Source: Trichoplax adhaerens (lineage: Eukaryota > Animalia > Placozoa). Taken from it: a stretch of DNA of 64,000 bases. Where the stretch lies: the NCBI RefSeq assembly GCF_000150275.1, contig NW_002060945.1:8882011-8946010 (forward strand). Direction: 5' to 3'. The notes below the pieces were generated by a model. It did not search any database. It worked only from the letters and a program-made list of their open reading frames with translations, and was not told where the DNA came from. This document shows positions 1 through 15,000 of this stretch, one piece after another (the stretch's first letter is position 1; every line of letters starts with the position of its first letter). A program made the translations under genes and the position numbers.

Positions 1-3000
1 TCTCATTGGCACTGGTCTTGTATGGTTGAGTAATCCTTTGCACGTAAAAAGTGTTACACAGTAAATTTCATTTTCGACAATCGATTTCATAGCCAATAGC
101 TTTTCAGAAAATTAAAAAAAAAAATTGAAAACAACATACTACCTGTGTCGTCATCTATATTAAAGGTATAGTACATTGCCGAAACATCGCCAGAATCTTG
201 ATAAATTTGTAGCATTTCCGGCATTAACGGTGTTAAATGTAAAGCAAATTCAGCTAATCCCAGTAAGGCAAGTTGGTTCGTAAACTGTAAGGAATTGATA
301 AAAGAAACGATTGAGAAATACAGATACCGTGCATTCCTCCTTCTGAAATAATTAAATCATAGTCGTAGTAGAGACAACTTACTTGTTTTCTAAACATCCA
401 GTAATCAGTTGCACTAGGGTAAGTTTTAATTGCCCAAGATTTGAAGACACGAACAGGTATACATTCGTTTTGAATCTGAATCGAAGAATTTAGATAAAAC
501 CTAAAGCATCAACTCTATCTCCTATATAAACTTTTTAATATTCCTATAAAACTAATTCTAACCTCCTGCATAATTTGTTTTAGGTCAGTTGATTTGACGG
601 CTTGACATTTATTCTGAATGCTCGCAATACTTTCATAGTAATGAATAACTGGTAGGGACGGATCTTGTTTTATGTTTCCACAGTACTATATTCATGATAA
701 ATTGATAATAAAAGTAAACTATTACCTGTACATATCAACTATTAAAATAGCCTATTGCAAGTATATTTTGTGGCTTACTCGCTTGTAGATATCATATAAT
801 GAAATTATAGAAGTATTGTCCTATATTGAATTAAAACACAAAGAAATGTTAATACATAATAAAACAATAAAGTCACAAACTTACGTACAGAATGTATAGT
901 AAACTCAGTTTGAACTATCGTAGCTAAAGTTTTGATATACTCGTTCATGATGAACTGATCCAATTACAGAATTACGTTTATAATCTGCCATTAAATATAT
1001 GGTATTGGTTTGTGCTACTTGCTAGAAAAAGTAACTTATATTGGTGCACAGGCAGGCTATAATAACAAGTTAAAATAATTCAGCAACAATAACTACCATA
1101 ATATTAAATGCTACTTACTTCAATCAATCTCATTTGAGGAGATATTGCAACCACCCGTGGCACAGTATACATTAAATGTCGCTTGCTAACCTCCTAGAAA
1201 TAAACATACCATTTAAGTCATAAGTTAATTATTTAAAAATTATGTAAAGCTAACCTTTCTCTTTTCAAAATAGCGATTAAGTAATCTAAGTAATTGAAGT
1301 AATCGCTCTTCACGTCGGGATTCAACGGGGTTAATATCGTTAACAACTAAATAGGGATAAACCTGTAAAAAATTTTGTATAGATAAGAATTAGTAAAATC
1401 ATAATACTATGCCTAAAATGTTCTGTTTTACCTTTCCATTATGTCCACGTATATACAATCGCCTAGCGATGCAATTGTCTTTATGTACAATTTCTACTCT
1501 AGGCATAAATCTTGCTATTCTTATAAAGTATCCACTAGAATTCTGATAAATCAAAATCAAATAACAGTCAGTTGAACTTCCATGCTGCAGTCATGTAAAA
1601 ATCGCCTTACTCTAGGAAGTAACGATTCCCCTGGTAACTCTACATCAGCAGTGGCAAGCGAATAGTTACTTAAGAAGCGACATCTATCTTCTATTAAAAA
1701 GTAACTAAAATGGAAGAAAAACACGGTTAACGTCCTGCCGTACGCCTGATAACGTAGATCTATTGCGACAAACCTAGGAAGCATCTTAGATTTAGCTTCA
1801 AGAACTTTTATCCATCTCTTTAATTTAGAGATGATCGGGTGCAACTTCTTTGAGCCGGCGATACTAAAATTGATCACAACTAGTTTAATTCACCGATATA
1901 ACTGAATGAAAAGGTAAAATGGTAGTAATATTGACCAACTAGCATTTTAGTACCTGAAATCGAAATCTGCGGAGAATTGACCACGTATTTTCTGAAAGTT
2001 AGGATCCTGAGCAGTCACCTGAGCCCTTCGCGCCAAAGTTTCTGAAGCAGCCGTTGAAAAGACGGACGATAAACTAGATACAGTTTCATGAGCCAACCCA
2101 AAATTGTCCACAAGTTTTTTGATAGAATTAATAATTTCTGAAGAAGCGTGCGATTTTCCAACTAAATAGGTAAATCATCATATATTAGTTGTAGCACCCT
2201 AATATATGATAACAACATTATTAATACGTCAACGCACCATGTGATCTACTGTTGAACGCTGCTTCCATACACGCTTTCAATATTAAGCGAAGTTGTTTTA
2301 AAACTTCCTCATTCCAACCTTCACGAAACCAAACCATCTATTGCAAAGAAGTTCAAATGAAAATAATTTAGTACATATAACTGAATACGAACGCAAAATG
2401 ATCTAATCGAAGTTACTTGATCCACGATGCCTTCTAAAGCAGCCAATAGAGTTGGATGCAAATCTCGCAATACATGCATAACTTTATTACATCTTGCCAT
2501 AGCAGTAGTTATTCTTGTTTGATCGGGGTTTTCAGCTACAGATTAATTGAATAAAGATAATAAACAACAAAGAATTGATTTCTAGATGCATAAAGTCCCT
2601 TACTTGGTTTATCTAATTTGTTAGATTTTGTGGCATCAGCTCCCAGAGATTTTTTATCAGCTTGTGAGTGAACACGAGTATCATCTACGGTAACATCAGT
2701 TACAATATTACATTCTACTTGACACGGCAATCATGAGTATTTATATATCCGTATAACATCATAGTATTTGAGAAACAATTATTTAAATATGCAATTACCT
2801 TTCTCTTTACTACTCTCGGACTTAGATGTAGTAGACGCTGCAGAAATACCTGCACTATTTTTTTTTGCAACTTCTTTTTCGTTAGAGGCTGTACTATTGC
2901 TCGATGCTAAATTACAAATTAAATCTTGGACTGGGTTTGATTTTGCTTCAGAAGACAAAATATCGTCAGTTTGACCAGTAGTTTTTAATTCGGTATTTGA

Positions 3001-6000
3001 TAGAGTGACAGCATTAGCTCCTCGTTCTTGTTGATAGTTAGGGATTGTGGATTCATTGTCATCGGAGGGATTACTAGATTCTGTAGTGCTTTTCTTCTCA
3101 ACATTGCCTGTAGAAGAACTTTGATTATCCTTTACTTCAGTCTTTTGCAATTCTGTTTGATTCAGTTTTATGGTCAAAAATAGTGTCCTTAAGCAAAAGT
3201 AAACAGCTTGGGGATAAATACGGCCAATTGCAGTAGCCAAATGAACGACACTGCCTCCTTCCAATCTTCCGAGATAAGATAAAATCTGTGGTACCCATGG
3301 CAGCCATTGATTAGGAGGGATGGAACAACAATATCTTTCGAATGCTTCCGCCAATGTCCGTTTCCCGTCATCAAAGCTTAACAACCATAACGTTTTAGCT
3401 AAATGTTCTCTATGCTTTGAAGCATTCTGTTGCCGACAAGCTTGTAAATAGCAAGTTACAGCTGATGCACCAGCCTGCATACTCTTTTTCTGCATAAATA
3501 CTTCTTCAAGGTAAGCAGCCCATAGTGCCCAAGCCTTAATCAGATTATCATGCAGTTGCACAGCAGATGAAAATGATACATTTGCATCATCAGATCGACC
3601 AACTTTAGCTAAAAAGATGCCTTTTAGAGCAAAAAATTCTGCCTGCATTTCCTTAGAAAAATATCGTAAATTTGTCGACTCAATTACTTCTAAGCCCTCC
3701 TGCAATTCTTGTTTTCCCATTACACCAGCCATTTGTAGATAACATTTAATCTGTTGTCGAATTTTCTGAAAGCAATCAAATATCGGCACAGATGGTATTG
3801 TGTGAATTCTACTTAATGTATCTAAACATACACCACATAAATCTTGTTTTCTAGCAACCTCAGCATACGATATTATCGAAGTTGCAGTCGCGTGAACACC
3901 TAACATCGCATGACTTGCATGACCTTCAACATGAGTAGAGTTATCGTAAGCTTTTATAATAGCTTGATATAGATGATGTCTCCAGAGAAAAACATCATTC
4001 CAGTGAGATAAATCATCCGATCTTAAGGGAAGTCGATTTCTCCACGTCTTGATGACAGCTTTCATATCATGCACGCTACTGTTCCTACCAACATTAGACG
4101 ATTGTAGACTACTGTGAATCTGACCGGCTTCTTGCAATTCAACAATTAATTGTGCAGCTTGCAAGATTGGTATATGAGCGTAAGAAACCAATTTGGGTAG
4201 GTGTCGCCATTGCCTTATAGCTTGGGTGGCGGCAAAATCTACGAATTTTTCAACAAGTGATACATGGGGATCTTCTGATTGGCAAACTGCAATGTAACCA
4301 CGATATAAATTTAATTTATAGGCAAACGTTTCCGGACAATTGACTTCAACTTGATTTAATGCTTCTTTCATCGCGGCCCAGTCAGGTACACGCCAAGCAC
4401 TTTCTAAAACAAGTAAGGGATTAGGGTGTTGCTTCATTTTTCCAAAATCGAGTAACAAATCCCATTGGCCTAACTCCTTTGAACATTTAATCCAATGCTC
4501 TTCCCATAACTGATACACTGAAAACATTTCGTTGGAAATGCTAGTGAGAGCATAATCTTCCCTAGATTTAGCCATAGCTATTTCAAAGGTAGTTTGAGCT
4601 TGCTCGTAAAGGCCATGCTGTTCGTAGCTCAAAGCAATTTTTGTCTTAGGATTCTTACATCTCTTCGTCCAAAGGCCGGTAAATAGATCTTCCTCTTTTA
4701 GTGAAGCGTACATCGCTGAGAGCGAATCCAATGCTTCATGGTGCGATGATTCAAATAGCGTAGATTCAGATGTTGGAGCACTCTGGGAATTCTGATTGTA
4801 CTTAGATTGAGCAACGTCCTCTTCAATAGTTAAAACTGCACGGTGCCAAGCATTATGGGCTTTGCCAAGATATCTTAGGACGCAGGGTCTTAGTTTAATG
4901 GGCGGCTTACAGTGACATAAACTTTCCAGGAAAGTATTAATAGCGCTACGACTTAAATTTCTCTGAATTACATGGCTACCGCTACAAAGGAATGGACCCA
5001 TTTCTATACTTAGTTGCTGTTGCTGCGGGCGATTTAACAGTTGCCATATTTGAGGCAAGATGGTTATCCAAACATCATGGGATAATTCAGAATCGTAATG
5101 GCACAGCTGTATTAAGGAATCTAATAGAGCACTAATCTGATAGCGTCGCAATGATTCTAGAAACTTTGACTGTTTATCACTTAAGTCCTCAACAATCTTC
5201 CCTCCATCAGCTTCATTTGTGGTACTTTCATGAGAGTTGGCATCTACATCCATCGATTCTTCCGGTGCCGTTGTTTTCTCTATATTATCCAGGCTGTCCT
5301 TTGAGGCAAGCGAAGCTGTAGGATTTTTACCAGCATCGTCAATGGACAACGCTGTTCTAAAAATACTAGGTCGACCAGTAAAAGCCGAAGAAACTGACGG
5401 AAATACTAGCGATTGTTCAAAGGATTCTATAGGAGCATCTAATCGAGCTACAGACAATATAAGTGATATACACTGCTTAATCCAGAAATGGTTTAATATT
5501 TTCTCCCAATTTTGTGAGCAACAAATATATAAACAACGATCCATAAGATTTTTTGATGTACTAGCATTGTAGAGCTTAAAAAATTTTTCCCTGATATTTG
5601 GTCTAGGACATTGTAGTCCGGATAGAAACGCAGGTTCAAGCTTTAATAGAAGTTCACTACCTTCTAGCGAAGAATCTTGATATAAATCAAGAATAAAACT
5701 TAAAAAAATTTCTTGAAATTCCTGATCTTCGTGCAGTCGCTTCTCGTAGCTGAGCATAATTTTAACTAAAAGTGTACATTTTTCTTTCATTTCAATTTGA
5801 CTTTCATTAGATTTATCTTTTACCCATTTTTCCACAATTTTAACAATAGCTTTCTGGAGTTTAAGATCGGTGGATCGATCTATTAGCACTATTATAGTCT
5901 GAATTAATACTCGCTTAGCTTCTGGTGGCATCGTTGATATTCGACCCTTGATTAGATCCAGACATGCTATTAAAAGATCGACAGTGGCTACAAGCAATGT

Positions 6001-9000
6001 TAGGTAGTAAATTAGTAAATTAGTTAATGATTCGTGCTTCCTTGTTAAATAGTCTATCAAGAGCAATTCTAATTTAAAGTGTAAGTAAACTTACTGTTAC
6101 TCTCAGTTCTGCTACCAAGATGCTCGTTCGCTAATTTATGTATTGTCTTTATTATAATCCCTCGCAATCTATGGATCAAAGATTTGGTATTAACCTCAAT
6201 TAAAACGTCGTATAGAAAATATAGAAAATTTTACTTGTCAATGTAAGCCGCATTATTGTTGCAAACAGCTTTCAAGGTTGAAATCGCATCCAAGACATAG
6301 TAACTTGCGTAACCGTTTCTAAAGACAAAAACAACGCAATTTTAAAAAAGTGACAATGGTTGAAAGCAAGCTCTGAGCAAAAATTAATCTAGCATACGTT
6401 TGCCTTTCATATTGCTGTAACCGTTCGAAAACAATTCGAGCAACGGACATATGAATTGCGTTAATTTCTTCGCTTCGTTGCATACCTTTAAAAAATTCGT
6501 TAAACACTGGTTAATGTAATTTAAGTTATATCGCAACAAATTAATTCTTGTTTCGTAACTTTGCACTTACTTTCGAATAAGGCAGTAAGTTTTGACAGAA
6601 ACTCTTGTACAGCGTGAGTTATCTATTACGACAAAAAGATTAAATAATTTCGAAATATGAGTACATTCGTGTTTTATACTAGATCATGAATAGATGTAAT
6701 TACTCGTTTAAAGCATAATTTAACAAGTACCTTGGTGTTTTGGCAGGCCATACAAACTGTTAACCCATGGGATATAGTTTTACACGCATTTAAAATGGCA
6801 GGGCGTGACTATAAATAAATGTAACGTCTCCATTTCAAAAACCAATTCAGAGCAAAAACTACAAGCGAAATAGATTGACATCTTACCAGCACAGAGAGTA
6901 AATGCGTCATGATTTCAAAACCAGCGCAAATATTGCCGGTGTTGCATGTTGGTTGATTATCCTAACGAAATTCGATCCGACATTATGACAATCATTTTCA
7001 TCATAAGTCTATACTCTAGTTTTATATTAATTATATCTTACGGCAGCAGAGAATATTCTGTCAAACCAAACAATTTTTATTTCTGCATCTATAACGCATA
7101 TCAAAAATTTGAGAAAACCTATTAAAATCCGTAGCATTAGCATGATAGTAATAACAAGAAATAACTGTTACTTTGCCACAATTCCGGTTTCAAAGCAATC
7201 TTGAGCAGAGAGATACAACGTTGTGACAACGCCTCATTCGGAGAACCACTTGTTGTGGAGGGTTCATGAACCTAACAAGCAAGCGAAGATCAATTACGTA
7301 AGTAGTAGTACGAAATTATACAATTGAACCTATACAACTATTTTTGTTTCAATGATAATACCGAGCAAGCTAATCGAATCAGAAAATTAACGATGCTGTC
7401 GCTATGACTTTTTTCTATTGGGGCCTTATTTTCAATGGGTACCGGCCTTGAAGTTGAACCCTGTAGGTAAAAATCATTATGTAGATATACAGTATTCTAG
7501 CCTGTGAGGGAAGTAATGCGACAAACTTAAAAAACGAAATACCTGCGATAATGTCCTTTGTTTCTTAGCTTCTGGTTGCAATTCGTCAGAAGCCGAACGT
7601 TTCAAGGTCACTGTAGCCTTCGGTAAGATAGTCAATCTTAGAGCTAAGATCAAACTGAAACGTACATTAAAAGAACTAACTGGTTACTTACAGAAGTATT
7701 GGCGCTTTCTACGGCATCCGATTCCTGGCCCTTAAATGTAAGAGTTCGAGTTCAGATGCTTATACAAGTCAGTTTGCATGATAATTGCTTACATCAGAGT
7801 CCGTAACTTCTTCTTTAACTCTTCGCAATTCCCATTTTATAATTACTTCTGCTAAATCAGTTGCAAGCTTTCTGTGGTCTATAGTAGACTGTAAAGCGAT
7901 AGTATTATTAATAGATATTAGTGCAAACGACAAATTAAATAGAAGTTAAAGGACAGTACTTACATTATGAGGAAACCCTAACTTTTGCATAGCATTAATC
8001 ATATGTTGCACAAGCAAATGGCGAACCGAATAGTACACTTTTTGATGGCGAACCACTAGATATCTGCCCAGAAGTAAAATTTACTACGAATTACAATTTA
8101 TTAAAAGTAAAGACTGGTAACAAAGTCATACATACAGAATGTGAACAAGTTGAGCAGTAATATGGCCGTCCTCAACAATAATCTTTTTCGTCCAATGCGC
8201 CAGTAACGTCTACGGTTAAAGTAAGGTCAAATTTTAGTTTAATCTGACAAACGAAGTTTATATTACAGTTGAACACATTCAAGGTATATCTAAATTTACA
8301 TTTCCATCTTCCATTCTGGCTGGCATAGCAGGAGTCAATATATCAAGAGCATGACGGACAACTGCTTTCGCTTCCAAAGCATGGGCTTTTAGAAGACTAT
8401 GGAAAACCTGAATTCGGTATTTCCGTTAATCATCTGAACGTTTGAAATCCCTCAAGTACTTGCACACATATCTATATACATGTGTATATATACTCGTATA
8501 CCTGAAGCACTATTCTTCGATGAATTGCAAATCTTGCGATGATGTGAGCAAGGAGTAAGTGACCAAAATATTTCGTAGATGGATCCTAAAATTCATAATT
8601 AAACATTAGTAAATGTATCATCAAAGACACTACCGTACTATCGAACATTATCCGTACCATGCACTGCTTAGGCAAAAGACAAGGCCATGCATAAACCATC
8701 AACCGACGAAGTTTGTTTCCTTGCCTCCTACAAATAACAATGGATATTAATTATCTAGGCATAATAAGATGTTTAAAGGACTGGACCAATTTTGCAAAGT
8801 CGTACCTATTAGCAGGGTCATGTATATGTGGAGAAGCAAACTCTACAAGCAATGACGAAAACTGTAAAAGTAATATTCGTACTTCATCCTTAAACAGAGG
8901 TTAGATACAGAATTAGTGCTAAGACTAGCAAAAAAATTCCTTAGATATCCAGTTTTACATACCGATGCTTTAAATGGATTATCAGGATCGATTATTTTGT

Positions 9001-12000
9001 TAATAAATACACCAACAATATTTTCGTCATTGTCTTGATCAGGGTTAGGAGAACCCCCAATAATCTGTAAATCAGAACCACAGTTTCAATACCATACTTG
9101 TAATACCTACTAGAAATAGAATCAGAAACACACCACAATTTACCTCATCAATTTTTCCTTCCTCGAAAGATTCTGTAACCATTGGTATAATTAGGTATGA
9201 AAGAATCTAGAAATAAGTTGAACAGATTAACCCACAAGTATGATTAGACTGAAATTGCTAGAAATTCTTTAATTTTACCTTAGCAATTATTTCCTGTGGC
9301 AATAATTTCTTGACAAACATTTCGATGAATTTAAAAAAGACACTACGTTTCTGCTCGATGGTATAAGACTGTAAGAAACAAAATTTCGTAAATACACTTC
9401 ATTTTCCTATTTTATCGGAAGCTATTGAAAGGACTTAAACTAACCTTACAAAGACATTCTAAAAATTCACGAAAAAATTGAAAGTTGCATATATGTTGTA
9501 ATGTAAATGCTCTCAGCATCTGAAATAAAGCTGTTATCTCATTTTTGTTTTCCTTATAGTACATCAATAAACACTTTAACAATAATCTCGCTTCGTCCCA
9601 TCGATTCGCAGGCGATGACTCCTAAAAGCGAATTTGAATTAAGAACATAAGTTTTCAAAATGGACAAGAGAATAACAACTTTGAAATAGGTTTAGAAAAT
9701 TTAAAGAATTATCTAACCATCTTTACACGTTCCTGGAAGAAATCAGACGACCATAGCCGCGTTAGGTGGACGAACTATAATATTAAAAATACTTTCACTG
9801 TACTTGTGCATCATTTAAAACATAAATTTACTCGATGCTTACCAGGATCTTTTGTTTTGCATACCAGCTTGGATTTAACTTACTTAATATTCTGTAATAG
9901 AGTTTCAATTAATCTTTAGTATTGCATGATACTTAACAATGAGCAAATTATTCTAAAAGCTGACCGGGTAATAAGCACTCCTTGATATTGCAATAATGCC
10001 TTGTTCTCAGATGTTAACGTTTCTCCTTCCGGCTATGTTGAGACAGATATTTAGTATACGTATATATTTTTTAAACGATTTACTGAATATATTCAACTAC
10101 CTTGACAGAATCCAATGCATTAATAATAATTTTATTGGGATCAGTCTCTAAAACCTGACGAATTGGTTTTGCTCTCTCTTTTCCAAGCAAAAACTAAAAT
10201 ATATAACATTTTGCCGCATGATTTACTAAATAAGTATCACCATTGTAGCTCATTCATTAATGCGATATTTCCTCCTTACTATGAACAATCGGCTATATTG
10301 TGGCAGTATTAACCGAGAAAGAAAAAAGTCCACCGATTCAGTAGGATATCGAAGGGCTAAGTCTAGCAATGGTTCTCGAAAAGGGCTTCCGGCCTATAAT
10401 ACAAGGTAATATGTTATTCAAATCCTTATGAGGACGAAAGCGAACTATAGTTTCTTAAAAGCTGCAAAGAATCATTTTAGCATTTATGAACTGACATCAG
10501 TGTTAGTTGCTTTTTCACACTTTAGCACAGTTTCGACGATTTGTTCAAATAATTTAAAAGACGTAGCAGGTACGATATGAAACACGTTAACTATTTTAGC
10601 ACAGATTATTGCTTCCTAAAAGTAATGAGAAATAAAATAACTCAGCGATATAGATATAATTAACTATCTTAGCTTTTAAAATACTTCAATAATTTTTGAT
10701 TATTTATTACCTCTACAGCCTGTTTTAGCTTCTTACGACTCTGAGACGCTGCAATGTTGTCAGCTCCTCTTTTAATATGTGTCTAACAAAAACAAGAGCA
10801 TTAAATAATTCTGAAGACTAGTAGTTAAACAAATGTATTACTTATTTTATTACCAATAATTGATCACATAATTTCGGGCTAAAAGATGCTGGAAATAATT
10901 CCGTTGTGATAGACAAGCGCTGTAAAATTGATCGTTTAATTGAACATTTAAATGAAAGTCTGAAGGGAAAATACTATTGTGCAACTTGAGATTAATATAG
11001 CAAAAACCTCACATATGCTATCTGTATACCTGTATGAAACTTGGTGTAAGACTCTTGTAGTCTCCTAGACCTGAGAGTAATTGCTTGATATTTGTATGTA
11101 ATAGATCAAGTTCTACTTGATATCCTACTAAAAACTAAATAAAGATATTGCAATTTTTAAATTTTAAAGATACTTTCATTGCTAAAATTCTATCATTATA
11201 TCCTAATCTATACAAACCGATTGCATAGCTTTTTTCGCCGCTTTCTGAAGTTCACTTTCACTTGATGTCAGATTCTGTGGACAATAAGTGTTATGATTCG
11301 TTCAGACATAATTACATATTAGCTCATAACAATAAGAGACTGATAATAAAGTGATAGCGCTACCTTGTATACAAACGAATAAATTACAATTGAAAATATG
11401 TTTATTTTTTCATATCAATACCTTAAAGATAACGTTAAAAATCTTTTGGAGTTCTGACTTCTGTTCGATATAGTGTAGAGACGCTAACGCCGCTGTAATA
11501 AAAGTAAAGATATCAGAATTTGACGGATAAATACTACATACGTTGATTGGGTAGGTCCATTACCTAAAGCACTTTTTCTAAGCGGTACTAACGATTTGAC
11601 GGGTTTGTAACAAGGAAGTTTATGCAGCGTGGCATCATCGGCTTCGCATAACGATAATAGCTAATACATAAATATTACTTTATTATAGGAAATAAAAGGG
11701 GCATAGCACAAGTACAATACATTATTTAAATGATGCATTTAATTGTAGCTACCTCAGTAACGAAGAGTTTATGTTCATGGCTGGAAAGATCTAAACTGTA
11801 TAAGCGGGGTTGTATAGTACTACAAAAAGTGTTACCGTCCTAGTAATAATAAAAAATTCAATATAGCTTTTTAAGTATTTGAGGGTCAATACAATGCTGT
11901 ATTTTATCAATAATGTACACCTTTTACATAGTGTCATGCAAAATACTGTACTTACCATGATGGCGATTTGCTGATTGACTGGTTGGTGCCTTAGTAAATT

Positions 12001-15000
12001 TTTCTACCGTAGCCACATAAACATATAGCTAGTTACGCTAAGATACTCGCTTCACATATTTTAATTCATTGTAAACATTATATAACTGTATAAATTAATT
12101 ACCTTTGGAGGAATCATATCGGCAATCACCTAATTTTAGAAAGATATTAAGTATTAGAAAAACTGAATACAGAACTAGGGTCGTAATGTAGTATTCCGTA
12201 GAAATAGCATACAGCTTACATCTTTATGTAATACCATGACATCGTATACAGACTTGGCTGTTATATCAGCTAAGAGCTCCAAGCATTGATAAGACTAAAA
12301 ATGTCGTAATAAAAATTTTACTTTAAAAACCCATAGTAAAAAAATCACGCTTTAAGAAATCACGACAACAAATTTCACCTGTTCACGAACTGTCTGATTG
12401 GGAGAGATAACTTCACGAATAAAGCGTTGGCATACCAAATGAAAGTGCTTCTTTTGAATTGCTGATAAGTCATGCTAATAATGAAGTAATATCAAATGCG
12501 TCATTGAAATAGGGATTTACACCAGGCATATGTTCACAAGTACGTCTATATCGTCAGCATCAGTGACGAGATTTACCTCATTATTTATGGGTTTATTACA
12601 CAGTCTAAGTAGATCTTCTAAGGTTTTCTTAGCGACATCAATTGTGCCAGAAGATACCTTCAGTAATTGAAAGGCTTATTATTTTCTCATCATTTCATGA
12701 CAACGTTTTAATACATGAAAATTGAAGTTGGAATTTAAAGCACTATATTATTTATATTTACCTCGTAACTCAAATCCATCATTAAAAAGAGTAAAGCAGA
12801 AACAAAAGCTCCCTGATGTTCCATGACCCATTTTAGAGGCATATGCGTCATTAAACATCTAATTGCACTACACCTATGATAATACGAGTCATTTCAGATA
12901 CAACCTAAATAAAAGATGGTAAATATTGTAAGGAATTAATTACCCTCCACTTTTCGCAAACCAAGCTCTTTCATAGCAACATTTACATAGTCTTTTCGCC
13001 ATCACATCAAAGAAAGGTACGTTACTTATCTAAAGGAAATGACACACGTTAGATATAGATGCAATCTCACGGCTAACATGAAATTTAGAAAATGTACCCT
13101 CTGAGGGGATCCAAGTATCATAACGGCTGTTTTAATTATCAACGTAATTGCTACTTCGCCGAAGATTGTTAAACTTTTCTCCGCTGATGTCATACAAACT
13201 GCAATTGCGTCAATCAATACATGGATGTCCATATAACGCGTTCTAAAAGCATTTTTAAGTCAGTTTTAAAATTCAATCTGATCATTAAAATACCGATGCG
13301 ATAAAGATTGTTCTTACTGGTAAGTAACTGGTTTAACAGAAAATTGTTGCACGATAGCAATCATGGCTAAATGTGTTACTAGGTCGGTCATGAAAGGGAC
13401 TGCATCAGATCGGAGATCATTAACAGCAGCCGCGACTAATGAAATTATTACAATTATCATGTTAGTATGGTTATAAATCTCTTATAAAATCATAATTTTA
13501 ATACCAAATACTGCCGTAAGTGCTTGTTCAAAGGTTTTTCTTGTTATTTCATCTGCTGCCAAGCGAGAGTGCATCTTACTGACTTGTGGTTTCTGTTCTG
13601 AAAATCTGGTACAGGTCAATTAATCATTAAGTCTTTAAACTTTAAAAATGATAACTTCACAATAAAAATTAAATTGTGAGCATCTTACCTGATTTGGGTT
13701 AAGATTTCTTTAATATTACATCTACTCTCACTCAGTTGCAACGTTGACACGATGAAGTACTATATATAAAGCAGATTAAAGTATGACCTCATTTTGCCCT
13801 GTTCCTTGAGTTAACTTGAAAATGACTTATTCGCTACACACCTTAGAAATTAGCCAAGCTTGTTTACGGTAGTGGGCATCGGTTGAGGATTTTTTCAGTA
13901 TTGATAAAGCAAAAGCTATAGCCTAGATATTATCAGTAAAGTTTTATTACATGTCTACTCGTTGAAATATGAAGCTAAAGGTACAGTCTAGATTACTTTA
14001 GAAACAGGTAGTGATATGGGATGCTTGCTTTCAGGAAATTGAATAGAAATGCAAGGTCCAGGTGTATGGCAATCTTCGTAATCAAGCTAAAAAATAATCG
14101 GTACTAATGAGGCTACAAGAAAGATTAAACAAGGGTAATAATAACAAATTTTAAAGTACCTTTTGGGACTCTCTCAGTGATTTTCTGTTACCACCTCCGA
14201 ATTTTCCTAATACCCTCAATGCTGAGTGAGATAGTGATTCGTTGGGATTTCTCAAAATTCGCCAGAGTGCCTATGAAGAATGAATTTTAGTAGGAATACA
14301 TCGAATAACTACTAATTTATAACATTTTTACATACCTGCATTAGCTCAGCTCTTACAGGTTGTATGTGTTCATACAAAAAATCTTGCTGTAAGTTATCAA
14401 CACATAGTTCCAAAGTTCTTAATCCCTGCAGAATATCAAATCAAACAATGCCGTTTAGGTATTCATCTTTAAATCGTTAAAAAAATCTGCTACTACTTAT
14501 TACACTCTTATTTACCTGTGTAACTAAGTTTTGAGATCCATTGAGAGCTGATACCAGGGGATCCATTAGCATTGGTAGATAAGGAAGTAAAGAACTGCAA
14601 TAACAGAAAATTTACAATCATAAATGGACTGAAGATCCAATAGTGAGGGTATTAGAGCATACCTTAATCGTACGGGTACCGTCAAACATAATTCAACGAA
14701 TAAATCTTTCATATGCTGTTTATGAATCCCACTTTGTAACAGATTCAATCCTTTTAAAAGATTCGGCAATAATGGTAGGAATTCTTGATATAATAAGTCG
14801 TGACTACCTATATAGACGTAAATATTTTATGTAGTAAATAAAAAAATGTTACGCCAAGGTAAGAGTAAAATCGCATTTCGTTGTCTTACCCCCACCAATA
14901 GAACGAAATAACGCCCTCATTAATACAAAGTAATTGTAAGGCTCCTTAGCAGTTAAGGCCAATTCCATAGATCGATTAACGATTTTGTGCAAATGTGGCT

